Of a stretch of 64,000 nucleotides of DNA, positions 49,301 to 61,600 are shown one piece after another. Origin of the DNA: Diadema antillarum (taxonomy: Eukaryota); contig NW_027271030.1 in assembly GCF_040938485.1 (NCBI RefSeq), positions 1,240,001 to 1,304,000 of the forward strand. The letters are read 5' to 3'. Below the pieces are notes generated by a model. That model saw only the letters and a program-made list of their open reading frames with translations, was not told the origin of the DNA and did no database searches. The first letter of the stretch is position 1; each line of letters opens with the position of its first letter. The translations under genes and the position numbers were made by a program.

Positions 49301-49954
49301 CTGAAAGTGGATCATCGTCACAATAGACGAGATTTGTATGGGAGGCTGCCTATTGACTGCCTCAGTGCAAAAGTGAAAAAAGATCTTGTTGTTTTTATTT
49401 ACAAGGTTTTGAATAACCTCTTGCCTGATTTTCTGACTTATCAAGTGAACGTAAAAGTATCTAATTACAATCTGAGGAACTCGGCATTTAAAGTATTGTT
49501 ACCAAAACCAAAGACCAATTTCTGCAAAAGTAGTACTGTTTACATAGCAGCTCAATTATTCAATCAATTACCGGAAGCCACGAGAACATGTACAAGGTTA
49601 GCACAATTTCTGAAGGATATCGATTCTGTTTTCTTACTTGATTTATGAGTTTTTCTATTTCTGAGTAATATCTTCTTTTTTTTTAATCACTTCCTTTCCG
49701 AGATTTTTTTCTTCTTCTTACTGCATTCTACTGTCTGACTGTTTTGTAAAGAGTGTTGTGTATATATGTATTTTTTTTCATCTTTTTGTTTCGTTATACC
49801 GATTATTGTCTATGTATTATTCTATACGTTGATTGTACCACATTATGTTTTTTGTACAGTGTATATCATACGGACTTGCTGAAAAACAGCCTAACGGCTG
49901 AGTGCAAGTATGTTTTACCCGTGTTTAAAACAAACAAACAAACAAAACAAACAA
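46305..49954 (+). mobile_element. Nearly intact CR1/L2-clade non-LTR retrotransposon (ORF1 3' end, PHD-APE-RT ORF2, 3' UTR with stem-loop, (AAAC)n tail)
   Basis: ORF1 tail IHEDLTQERSNL...VWTTDGRI stops at 46494-46496. C4HC3 PHD from 46563. APE motifs (HLNICSL, FCETRL, GGGV, VGDVN, SDH). RT with GVPQGSILGPLLF and YADD (48821-48832). CAGCC-TAAC-GGCTG hairpin and (AAAC)n tail. Confidence 0.95.
46560..49648 (+). pseudogene. LINE ORF2 (PHD + AP endonuclease + reverse transcriptase), frameshifted near 46900
   Basis: The frame of ORF 46638-46919 (PHD/APE start) switches to the frame of ORF 47036-49648 near 46900; about 915 codons are uninterrupted after that. Confidence 0.9.
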
Positions 49955-50386
49955 GTTATCACACGGTTCACACGGGTAACAATAAAGTAACCTTATCTAT
50001 CCCTGATAACCTCTTAGCTTAAGCACAATTACTTTCAGAGGGAAGTGATATTGCTGGAATTTAAAATTCAGCAGTAGAGAGGCTTTTCTGCCTTATAGTT
50101 AGCTAACTTCCAAAATATTTGTAAGTCGAGGAGATGCAACATGTGAGTTAACAATGGTTAAAGCAAAATCAGAAACCCCACGTGACCCGTGTTTATCTTT
50201 CAGTCTTACATCTCTCAACATAAAATGGTTCATTTTGATTTGCCAATGACGTTACAGGTACTAATAATACCTGTGAATAATGGACGAATCCTTAATATTT
50301 GTTTTGATTCAATCAAGTTCTTGAAGCAAAATCTCAAAGCCAATTTCTTATACTATTGTATTATGTTTAAAGGGGATGGCTACTAA

Positions 50387-50916
50387 CTGAACAGTGGGAA
50401 TCAGTGGGAATGCTAGGGGATGATTGTTCCAATTCTTATGGGATTCATTTAAGAGTACATTATATATCTATTGTTGTGTGAAAATCATTTGCTTCAGAAC
50501 AGTCTCATATTCAAGTAATGTGCAGTTTAATGCCCCGTCACTGTACAGGCATGCTAACCTGGAAACATTAAACTGCACATTACTTGAATATGAGACCATT
50601 ATGAAGTAAAAAGATTTCACCCAACAATAGATATATAATGTACTTTTAGATGAATCCCACAAGGATTGGAACAATCATCCCACTGCCTGGAAACATCGTT
50701 CGATCGGCGATCGTTAACGGGCCGTTAACGATCGCCCCGTCACTGTACAGGTATGCTAACCTGGAAACATTGAACTGCACATTACTTGAATATGAGACCA
50801 TTCTGAAGCAAATAATTTTCACACAACATAGCTACATATATAATGTACTCTTAAATGAATCCCACAAGGATTTGAACAATCATCCCCCAGCATTCCCACT
50901 GATTCCCACTGATCAG
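50387..50916. mobile_element. Palindromic MITE with long TIRs, an internal duplication and a 7-bp target site duplication (CTACTAA)
   Basis: Ends CTGAACAGTGGG / CCCACTGATCAG; CTACTAA at 50380-50386 and 50917-50923; inverted arms of about 150 bp; core plus right arm duplicated. Confidence 0.82.
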
Positions 50917-52190
50917 CTACTAAGGAGCCAATATTACTGAACCAGTTTCTACATATTAGTATGTTCCTCATATTACACGTTGTTTATACTTGCTTACCGG
51001 TATGTATTTGTTTCATTCCATCTCAGATTGATTATTTTGTGTTGTTATTTCTGTCTTGAAATCAAAAGAAATGTAAAATTGTACAAATTGTGGAATATGA
51101 AACAATAAAAATAAGTATGTGTATACCTGCACTTAAGTTTCTTGTTAATTTTCTGGCAATGAATGAGTATGGTCAATATGGTCTTCGGTAGTGTGTGTGT
51201 GTGTTAGAATAAGTAGTATGTGTGTATGCTTGCTTTTGTGCGTACTCGTACAAATACATCTGGGAAACATTCGATATTAAAGGTGTCTGTAAGAGTACAT
51301 ACATCTGCAACGAAAACGTTTTCCCCTGGGAATTTCGAACCATTTTACAGGAAACTGAAAAAAGTAATAACCTACTTGATAAATATGTTCATCAAAAAAA
51401 AATATGTATGTATGCATACGTAGTATTTACATTTCACAACCCCAGCAGGGACGGGATAGATCGCTTCACTTTCACTGTCTCAGGCTGCTACAAAACCGAA
51501 AGGGGCAAAGCGATTCATATAACGATTCAATCAGCTTTCCTCGTTAATTTGAATGTAATGAAAACAGAACATCCACTCCCATCAAAGTGAAACTAATTGT
51601 AGCTTCCAAAACATGAAGCTCATAAAAAACGGTACATTGTGCATTCCACTCTGAAGCCGATTCAATGTGAGGATACTAAACATCACTTCGTTGCTTGGAT
51701 AAACGAGTCAAGACTCCTAAACCCTCTTCGTTTCAATGTGAGACTTCACTTCGTGAAGGGTTTCCCACATGGTAAAGCAGGGGCAAGCACGTGACCTCGG
51801 CTTATGACGTGTCAAATTTAAGTTCACATCACCTACTAATTAAGGAGGGTAATTTTGAGGGGAAAATTTATTTCAGATAAGTGCGATTAATTAGGTACAA
51901 AAGCTGTTTGGAAGTCAAAATGAAAGTCGGTAAAAAACAATGATGGGCTCAAGTTCAGCAGACAGGATAAAGGCATACTTTGAACCTGAGATGATCAGAC
52001 TATTATTCTCCAACATTAGATATAGCTTTTTATTTGAGTCTTGCTTTCTTTAACAATGGCCAACATCCCCCGGTCCGAGACCGCAGTAAAAAGAAAAATG
52101 TGAAAGCTACCCGCAGTGAAACCGCGAGACTTGAACAAAAAATCCCGAAGACGCCCACGCAAGCAAAGAATCTAGAAACCATATTCACTT

Positions 52191-52449
52191 TCTCAAATAA
52201 GGCAACACCAGATGACAGCAAAGTCAGAACAGCGCATGCGCAGGGTCTGTAAGTTGTTCGATATAAGAACCAACTTTCGCCAAACACATAGCAATCAAAC
52301 AGTGACCGTGGTGGTGAGCTCTCAAATAAGGCAACGCCAGATGACAGCAAAGTCAGAACAGCGCATGCGCAGGGTCTGTAAGTTGTTCGATATAAGGACC
52401 AACTTTCGCCAAACACGTAGCAATCAAACAGTGACCGTGGTGGTGAGCT
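52191..52449 (+). promoter_or_regulatory. Tandem 129-bp duplication in the gene 3 promoter; each unit has GCGCATGCGC (NRF1-type) and a CAGATG E-box; CCAAT at 52452-52456
   Basis: Two near-identical units start at 52191 and 52320; GCGCATGCGC at 52232 and 52361; ATG of a signal-peptide exon at 52531. Confidence 0.7.
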
Positions 52450-52530
52450 GACCAATGAAATATCTTTCGCGCCTGACGGAATTATGTGAGATGCATGGAA
52501 CATAACTCACTCATCCCAACATGACATAAC

Positions 52531-52609
52531 ATGGCTTGGAGTGTTATCAATCCACTGGTGTTTATCTTCTTCTGCTTTCTCCCGTTCTTCTCCCGTGCCA
52601 TCATATTCA
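52531..52609 (+). CDS. Gene 3 signal peptide exon (MAWSVINPLVFIFFCFLPFFSRAIIF)
   Basis: Hydrophobic core, strong donor A|GTGAGT in phase 1 matching the CUB-like exon; sits just downstream of promoter-like motifs. Confidence 0.7.
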
Positions 52610-55600
52610 GTGAGTATTTATGGAAAGGCGAAAGCCGGAAGTTTCAGTCTGTTTAGAGTTTTGAGAGAGAAAAAACAATACGCGCGTGGCAAACTGTTAA
52701 GTAAGTTGTCATTGAGAGACAGGTAGTGGCTGGCGCAAAGTCTAGATTGGGACACAGAGGTTACATAGTTTGGCCAATTTGTGCTTCGGCACCAGCCACA
52801 ACTGAACTGAGCTGAACTGAACGTCATGTTCAACTTGATTTTGAGTTAACTAAAGTATAACTAAAGTTTCATTAAAATGAAAAGAATAGATAGTTGAAAT
52901 CAAAGTATGGAGAATTATAGTTTAACAGGATTTCATTCGTGCCTAATCTTATATGATATAATAACAGATTGCTAATAGAGTTTTCAATCTATTCTTAGCT
53001 ATAGGCGAAAACTTGTCTCGACAAACAGAGAGCATGAGCAGAAAAGTGTTGCCTGACAGAACAACAACAAAAACAAATTGTAAACCATCGTAAACGAGAT
53101 TTAGCGTTCTGAAAGGTGGCAGGATCAGTGTAACTTAACGGATTCATGATGAATGTCTTCAAAGGAAAGGATATATCAAATTACCATTCATCATTAAACC
53201 GGTGCTCCGGTGCACCGCGGTGGGGTGGTGATATGGCTCTGTTGGTAGCGAGTCTGTCCCCAGATCCAAGGGTGCCAGGTCGCCCCCTCGTGGTTCGCCC
53301 CACAGGTGACTAGCAGTAGTCAGCAAACGGCATCCTCCAGGAATGTAGTACATTATGCTTGAATGAATGAATCAATAGATGATTGCTCTGTCGTGAAGGG
53401 AAAAATCCATGAATTTTACATTGATGAATAATTAAGCAATTACCGCAAGCCCATCGTGATCGTAAAACTTAAAGTCAACAGGACTGGTGCACTAGGCTCC
53501 AATCATTAATCACGAAGCGAAAACCCGGTTAACTCAATTTGTCTGCGAGCACGATACCAATCTGTTCTTTATTTTGTGTGTGTGAGTGTGTGTGCGTGTT
53601 GTGTCTGTGTCTGTGTCTGTGATTATCTTTATAGGATTGCAGTCCACAGGGGCCACGGAATGTTAGAGCTACAGACCACATGAGGTCGCCGGAGCCTACA
53701 CCAGGTCGAGCTTGAACGGTTTAGACACAAGTGATAATGATCAGAAAGTTCCTAATGACCGGATATGAATTTGACTCATATTTCATGCAAATAATGTCTG
53801 TTGACTGTAGGAATGTCGAGCATTGTATTTTCCCCTTCCTTGCTTTCGATGTTTGTGTCTATGAAGGGTTATGGAAACTGTCCAGCTAGAACATGCGAGA
53901 GATACCCAAGTGAAATTTTATACCATGTCCAGCGCAACCAACGACTATCGTAAAGACCGCTATCGATGTTACCTTCCCTTTGTAATAATGGGAAGACGAT
54001 ATATTGGCCATCCCTGCCGCTGTCAAAGGCCACTCTGAAACCGAAAGACGCGTCGCACTTATATCAAAAGAGTGACAGCTTGAGAACATTGTCATGTGTC
54101 GATCTCGAGTGTTGGACTTAATGATCCCTTGTAAGCTTTCGAAGCCATCACCCGTCATTATACCGAAGATTAATGTTTACAAAGATGTGACAGTTAATGA
54201 GGCAGGAGCCGCATAACAGTTGTTATTGGTTTTCTTCTTGATGATGGTGGTGGTGGTGGTGGTGGTGTACGTGTGTGTGTGTGGGGGGGGGGGGGATTAC
54301 GCTTAGTGTAAAGTTATGCAGTATTTAAAGTCCTGGGGTGGTATTCTGAGGTCGTAATTAAGTCTGTAATTAACTTCGTGATTAAGTCGTGAAGTTAATA
54401 GGCCCTTAATCATGGGCAAAATCGGTATTCTGAGGACGTAATTAAGGTATGATTAAAGTGAAAACTAAGTTTCGGTAAGTGCTGGAGAACCCGTCTAGCA
54501 CCATTTCATTTTTGCTTGCAATATATCGAAAGAGTCCACTAAGAAACTTACCTGGCTGATGCGGTTTGCCGGAATGATGAGTCGATTTGGAGTATTTTGA
54601 GAAAAATAATAATAGTAGGAAAACCGACTTTTATTCCAGAAGGCTCCAGACTAACTCGGTCTCGGGAAAAATTCGACCCTTCTTCAGACAATTCACACGC
54701 AGTAAGTAATCGCCACATTCTAATGGCCACTGCAAAGTACCAAATGAGGCCTAACTGAATGGACAGGAAAGTGCGTGCTAACGTAATCCTGTACAAAACA
54801 CTTGAAACAAAAATGACAGCGCGCGGTCCTCAGTTGCTGAGACGCGCGGTCTTTGGAGGTTTTGTTGTTGTTTATCAAGGGCCTTTGATTGTTTTAGAGG
54901 TGCTTGATAGGCGCACACTAATTTTGCTTGCGCGCAAAAGAGGTTTTTGATGCGCGCGTTGTAGCAACTCGGACCATTACTGCGAGTAGCCAGAACACGA
55001 AGCGCTAGTTTATACAGGCGGCTCCCATAGGAACACTGTACAATCAGAGGGACAACCATTACAACTCATCCCGCCGTCAAAGCGAAGCTGAGTTATCCCC
55101 GAGTCCGAGTTTAGCCTGACCACGTTCGGGTAAGTTCTGAGACTGAACCTTTTTGGTTAATATTTCGCATTTTCGTCGTTACCCATCGAATATCTTGTAA
55201 TAACATCGTTATCCTGCACATTTCCTAAGCATACGTTCACATTTGGGAGCGAAATTTGACAACTTTTGCAGGCCTACCAGAACTTTGTTTGGGATTTAAG
55301 TCCCCTGTAATTATCTTAGGTCCCTCCCATCTAATTGTTATTCCATCCAATCAGACGCGTTGTTAGAAGCCAAAACGATGATTACACACGCAAATATGCC
55401 CTCAATGCGCGCTCCTGCACGCCCCCTGTAATTACAACCCAAGAGATCCGTGCGCACACTCCGGTATTTGATTACAACCCCTCACCTACGCACACGAAGA
55501 CCTCAACCTCTTTGCTTACATAAAATGACAAAATTCCTCGAAGATCGACTATATTTCTTTTTTTCTCTGAATTCTACGGATACCATGATAACAAGATTCA

Positions 55601-58600
55601 ACCGCTCCTCGGTTACCGAAGACGGTAAGCATCGTTGTGGCCGAGAAAACACGATGTAATGCGTGATATCGGAGTAGTTAATGACACTCTTTGGTATCAT
55701 TAAGTTTTCCATTAACTTTCATACTTAAATACACCCTCAGAATACCGATTCGTAATTAACTCTGTGATTAAGTCCTCTCAGAGGTGCACGCGCATTGATA
55801 CGCGCAAACGCGTAGGTCCTTCCCGCCAAAACGCTTGTTGCTATGGTAGTTAATATACCCCGTACTTAATCATGCTCTCAGAATACCAATTCGGTAATTA
55901 AGTGCTAATCAGACACTTAATTAGCTCTCAGAATACGGCCTGGGCAATGTCGTTCATATGTTCGCTTGTTTGTTAGTTGTTTTTGTTTTTGTGTTTTTGT
56001 ATATGTATATATAAATCATAAATATACAGTATATATATGTATTTTTTTGGAGGGGGGGGGGAGGGGGTGCGGAGGACTGGGTTGTCAGCAATACTGCCAA
56101 ATTCCAGATCATCTTCAAATCTATCTTCAATCCTGTGGTATAGTGGATAAGACTCTCGACTTCCAATCGGAGGACCCGAGTTCGATTCCGGCCCAGTACG
56201 TACTTCCGTAGCTTCTACCCACAATGTCCCTCTCAACCCAGGTGTATAAATGTGCATCTTGCAACGGTTATGTAATAGTAATGGCAGGGCCCTCTTGTAG
56301 AGCAGAGGCAACGTTGAAGAGGTTACACTGGGTAAAGAGGACCTTATCATTATCCTACTTAGTCATGTCAGTAGTTTTATTATCAGTCTGGAAGTTCAAA
56401 GGCCTTCGTCAAAATAATGAATAGGTTGTAAATATAGTGTCATGGTCATATATTTTGTTCTTCTATCGTTTATTTACGTATAATACACAAAACTCTTCGA
56501 ACAATTGTAATTATGGAGAAATAGAAAGCGAAACACATTCTGATATCCTGAGAAACTCAAATTTTCTTTTATTTATCTGTCATATGTCTAACGAAGTTTC
56601 TGATGTTGTAGCTCGTTAAGGTTTAAACAAATTTTCAGTTTTCGTTTTATGACATATTCGAGAAATTATCATCTTCGCGTTCGTCTCCTTAAAATAAGCT
56701 GCTTGGTTGTGGATAAAATGATTGCCATAATCAATTTGTGTGTAAAATATGTTACAATGCTGTTCGTAGTAAACATTAAAACCTTGTCACACATTATGTC
56801 GCCATCATGTTTTGACACTTATGGTTAATAGCCTAAGTTTATGTATTTTCACATTAGAGTTCGCCATGAATTTACATTAGTGATTGTTTCTAACATGGTC
56901 CCTCCTCTCGCTTTCAGTCACATGGTGCTGTGTGAGGCTAAGCTCTTTCTGTCCTTTACCAGGTTGTTTACAATGTCTTTTACAATCTTTTCTAACCCAA
57001 AGAATGATCAAATGAGGAAACAACTGGATTATTGTAGCCAAATCTTTTGCTGTCTTTATGGGAATACTTTTCAAAGGTTGTTACTTAAAACATGATGTGT
57101 TTTCAGTTGTTAGAGTGCCAATTTCCCACGAGTATGCCTGGTTTGTTTGAATACGTTAGGATAGATAAAACGGGCTCCAACAATATGTTTATGAACAGGC
57201 AAGCTAGTAATATTCGATCTTGAGGGACTGCTACTTACAAATAAGGCCATAAGCAGATGGGGGAGGGGGCATAAGGAGAAATCAACTCCGAAAGTTTTAG
57301 AGTGCGACTCTGTGTTATAGGAAAATACTGCACATGCACTTCTAGAAATACATACATATTTTATCTTTAAACGAGTAAAAAAAAACACGTCCTAAAGAAA
57401 GAAGTTGGGGTAGGTGGGGGGATTTTTAGGTTAGGGGCAGGGAAATCACTTTCACAACCTAAAAGAAGAAGAATAAAAAAAAAATCCTGCGCGGCCTTGC
57501 AACCACAGTGGTATCAGTAAGGTGTACAGTATTATTCGCCATGTCCACCAACATTATATACAGCAATTGCATGCCGATTGCATAAAAAAGTGAACATGAA
57601 CATACCAATTTTTGACATCAGGTCCCTTTTATATCATTCATATGATCATTGGTTGTGTGCCACCCGATTAACTCACAAGATATGACTAAGACTGACCCAA
57701 TGAGTTCTACTGTACTCACTGGAACCTTTGAAGTAATCTCATGTGCAATCTTTATTGCTCTTATTTCTTTTTATTGCTCCGACTTTCTTTCCCTCCTCTC
57801 CCTTTATGTATCTCTTTTTTCCTCTCTCTTTACACCTTCTTTTCCAAGTGTTTTTTTATTTCATTTCCCCTGTCTTCTCTCTAGATATCTTCTTCTATCA
57901 AAGTATATCTCTTTCTTTCTTCTTTTTTCCCTCTGTTTCATTCTCTCTCCTCTTTACATCCCTATGGGGTTTTTTTCTCCTTAAATCTCTTAGGTGCTAT
58001 TTTGAATGTATTTTTGGTGTGAGTTTTAACTGTATGTATATTTTTTTTACATGATTTTCAACTTTGCATGGCTGTTATGGATACACTCTTTGAATATATA
58101 TATCTATATATACTCTATATATAACGTCACATGCAAACTCCCATTGTAAATCTTCGGAATGTGTAATGAGTAAGACTTAATAAACCGAGTTGAGTTCGAA
58201 TTTGAATTATTAACATGTAATATTTTGTGATCTCTACGGTGATATGTTCTTACTCATCCTTCTTGCTTATTGTTGTAGAAAAGTTGAACAAAGTCTAGGT
58301 CTAAAGTCCGAACACAATGAGGAGCCATAAAATATAACCATTATGGATGGTCGTTTGTCTATCTCAGCTAGACTAACTCAATTAGGTGTCGATTTCTGTT
58401 TTGTCTTCATAAAAACAAGCTGTCACCTATAATCCTCCATTGTTTTTACACGCAGATCATGAGTTCCTTCCGGAATATAACAGAACGACGGTTTTTTATG
58501 ACGACAGCTCGGAGACCTCCCGGCCCCATATCGTCTGCTGGACCTTCAATACATCTTGCGACACGAGAGTACGCATTTCCCTCTCAGCTCGGCCGAGTGT

Positions 58601-61600
58601 TCCCCCGACGGTTCGGGTGTACATCGGCGACGGCATACCTCCAGTTCCCGGCAAGGACCCGAGGGATTATTTCAAACCTTTGGTGAAGCTCCGAGCCTTT
58701 GGATCTACCGCCGCAGCAACCTCAGTCAGCAATGCTGCTTGGGTAGTCAGTATGAACGAGTTGCCCGATCAATATCCAGCAGCTTTCACCATGCTCGTTG
58801 CCTCTGTCTCTCCGCCAGGTAGACGTCAAGATAAATCATGACCCCAGTCCCATGACCAAAATTCCATCACAAAATGATAAAGATGATGATAATTCTGATA
58901 ACAATGATGATGTGATGGTAATAGTCCTTACGAAAAAAAACAACAAACATACTGACAGCTCAAATGATATAGGAAAAGTATTATTATAACAACAACTAAA
59001 ACCACGATGATAATGATAATGACTATTATAGCAATAACAGTGGCGATACTGCTAACATTAATGATAACTCACCATGCAATAATTTATGCTCTATTCTTCT
59101 GACAGCACAACTTTGATAAGTCTCAGTGATTTCATGACACTTACTGCCTCATTATTCGATGTATAATGAATAGCTGTGAAACAGTTCTACAAACTATTTG
59201 GCGTCTGTATACCCCATAATATTCATAATCCTCCTCGTTACCGATAAGAATGATGATGATAACGGCCGAACGCTCTCACGCGATGAGCACAGCTCTGATT
59301 AGCCCACTCACAGAAGGTCTCTTCTCGCTCGAGCTTAATATCGCAGTTACCACGTGATGGCACCATAATTCATAGTAAGAGAACATCTTAAATGAAAGCA
59401 TGGGATTATTAAGCAGAGGAGTAAAGATATCAGGTATGAGATTTCTTCAATTTGTGTGCCCTCTGAACAACTTAAATTTGTAAGATCCCAACTGCTGTTC
59501 TACATTTCAATAAACATGTCAGAAGAGGGGAACCAGCGGGGATCGAACCTGTCATCTACTGCTTTCCGAGCAGCGACACTACCACCAGGATACCCTTTGT
59601 TACTGGCAGTTACACAATGAACTTGGAACAATTATACCCAAGCTCCGAAATTCCGACATCGATATGTCAAATAGTCCAAGGCCAAGGCGGACAAGGCCCC
59701 AAAGAAAACAAGAGATCATTCCTGGGGCCCGTTGCATAAAACTCCAACCGTACTTTTTTCCGGTTGAAATCACAAAATTCCGGTTGGAAGCTCCCAACCA
59801 GAGTTTTTATGCAACAGATTTTACATTCTTAGGTTAGCAACCTTAAAAAATTCAGGTTGGGCAAATCCCAACCTGAATTTTTTAAAGGGATGGTACAGTT
59901 TTGGTGGAGATGACAATTGGGCTTTTAACTTTTTGCGAGATACCAAGAAAACACTTATGAAATAGTACAGAGCATACAATTTAAAGAGGAATTCAAAGTT
60001 TATATGATGAAAATCGGGTTTGGAAATTATTGAAACATCCAAAAACAAAGTAAAACAAAGCGATCGTAATAAAGTGTGGGTCCCACACTTATTAGAATTG
60101 CTCTGTTTTGGATATGTCAGCCATTTCAAAACCAATTTTCATCAAATAAACGTTGAATTCCTCGTGGAATTACATGCTCTTTCATATTTTTCATAAGAGG
60201 TTTCTCATTATCTCACCAAAAAATGTTAGAAACCTGAAATTAGGTCTCAACCAAAACTATACGATCCCTTTAAGGTTGCTAAAAACGTTTTATGCAACGG
60301 GATCCTGGTTCCTTTTCGATATTTTTGTTGGAAAAATGAAGATCAGCAGTTGTGACCTTTTTCAATTGTACGCAGGGAGACAAACTGAAGAAAACTCATA
60401 TCTCAAAAGATCATCTTGATGGAAAATTAATCGCGATAATATATATCTAATACAGTGAGATTGTTGCTCACTTACAAAGATCACGGACACAGAATCCTGA
60501 GGTCACGGGTTCGAGTCCACTGGTGGCAGCGGCGGTACCTGCGGGCAAGGCGCTTCTACACTCAGTGTTCATTTTGTTTGAGGTGACTTTTACCCGTTGG
60601 GCCACATAGTTGTGGGTTCGTTCATGTCAAATAAATCTCACCAAATACTCAAATGTCAAATCACGATTCTGACACTGCATTGCTGCGTTGTATCTTTCAG
60701 AGCCTATATTGTTACTCCCCGGTATGTCGCACAACATCAGTTCCCCGAATTACGGGGAGACGTACCCCGATAACTTCTACGGTCTGTGGACGCTCCAAGC
60801 CCCGCCAAACTCTGCCATCGCGATGAACGTCCTGGCGTTTCAGACGGAAAAGTGCTGCGATGACGTATTTATCTTGTTTAGTTCTGATTCCACCAGTAGC
60901 CACGAGAATATCCATTTGTCCGGTTCTGTGGTCACTCCTGATACCATATTCCCCAGCGTGGCGTTCAACACTTCCTTTCTCTCGGTCGTGTTCACCAGTA
61001 ACAACAAGATTGCGATGGGTGGATTCTTGCTTGCATTTAAGGCTGTAATCATTCACGGTGAGTGGAAAAAATGTCATTCTCTACTTCTTGTTCTGTAGTA
61101 CATGATGCAATACAACGGGGTGGATGAAGGCTTATAGTCTTATACCATTTTTCTAGGATGAAATTATATACATTGAAGACGCCAATCTCTTTTCTTGACT
61201 GCTATGGCTCATACAAATCACTTGATCCAGGTATTACTATTGCATTAAAAGTTAATTCGATTACTTTATTCCCATAAAATAGAAAGAAATACATACAAAG
61301 TGTGCAAATAAAGAAGTTGAGAAGTACTAGTTATAAAGTATAATACAAAATACATCATGCAAATGAATGTATAGTATACACCTGAAATGATACATACTTT
61401 GGAAGCATGACATTAAGAAGTAATTAAAGCGATTTGAGTTGGATCTTGTTGAAACAAATTAATAACAACACACTACTGCAAAATCCATCCCAACTTCAAA
61501 GTGGCATTGCTGCAAACATGGCAAAAGCAAACATTAAAAAGCCGAATTCATCTTCATATCACCGATATTTCTACTTCATGATAACGTATGAAACGTGCAA

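Noticed and set aside
53867-54190. Possible degenerate exon or the minus-strand ORF 53886-54158 in gene 3 intron 1
   Set aside because: Stops in all plus frames, no convincing domain motif, and the gene 3 frame joins without it.
44258-58456. Genes 2 and 3 as one large receptor (mucin-YWTD-CUB-CUB-TM)
   Set aside because: The last propeller exon has no phase-1 donor before its stop, and gene 3 has its own promoter-like region and signal-peptide exon at 52531-52609.
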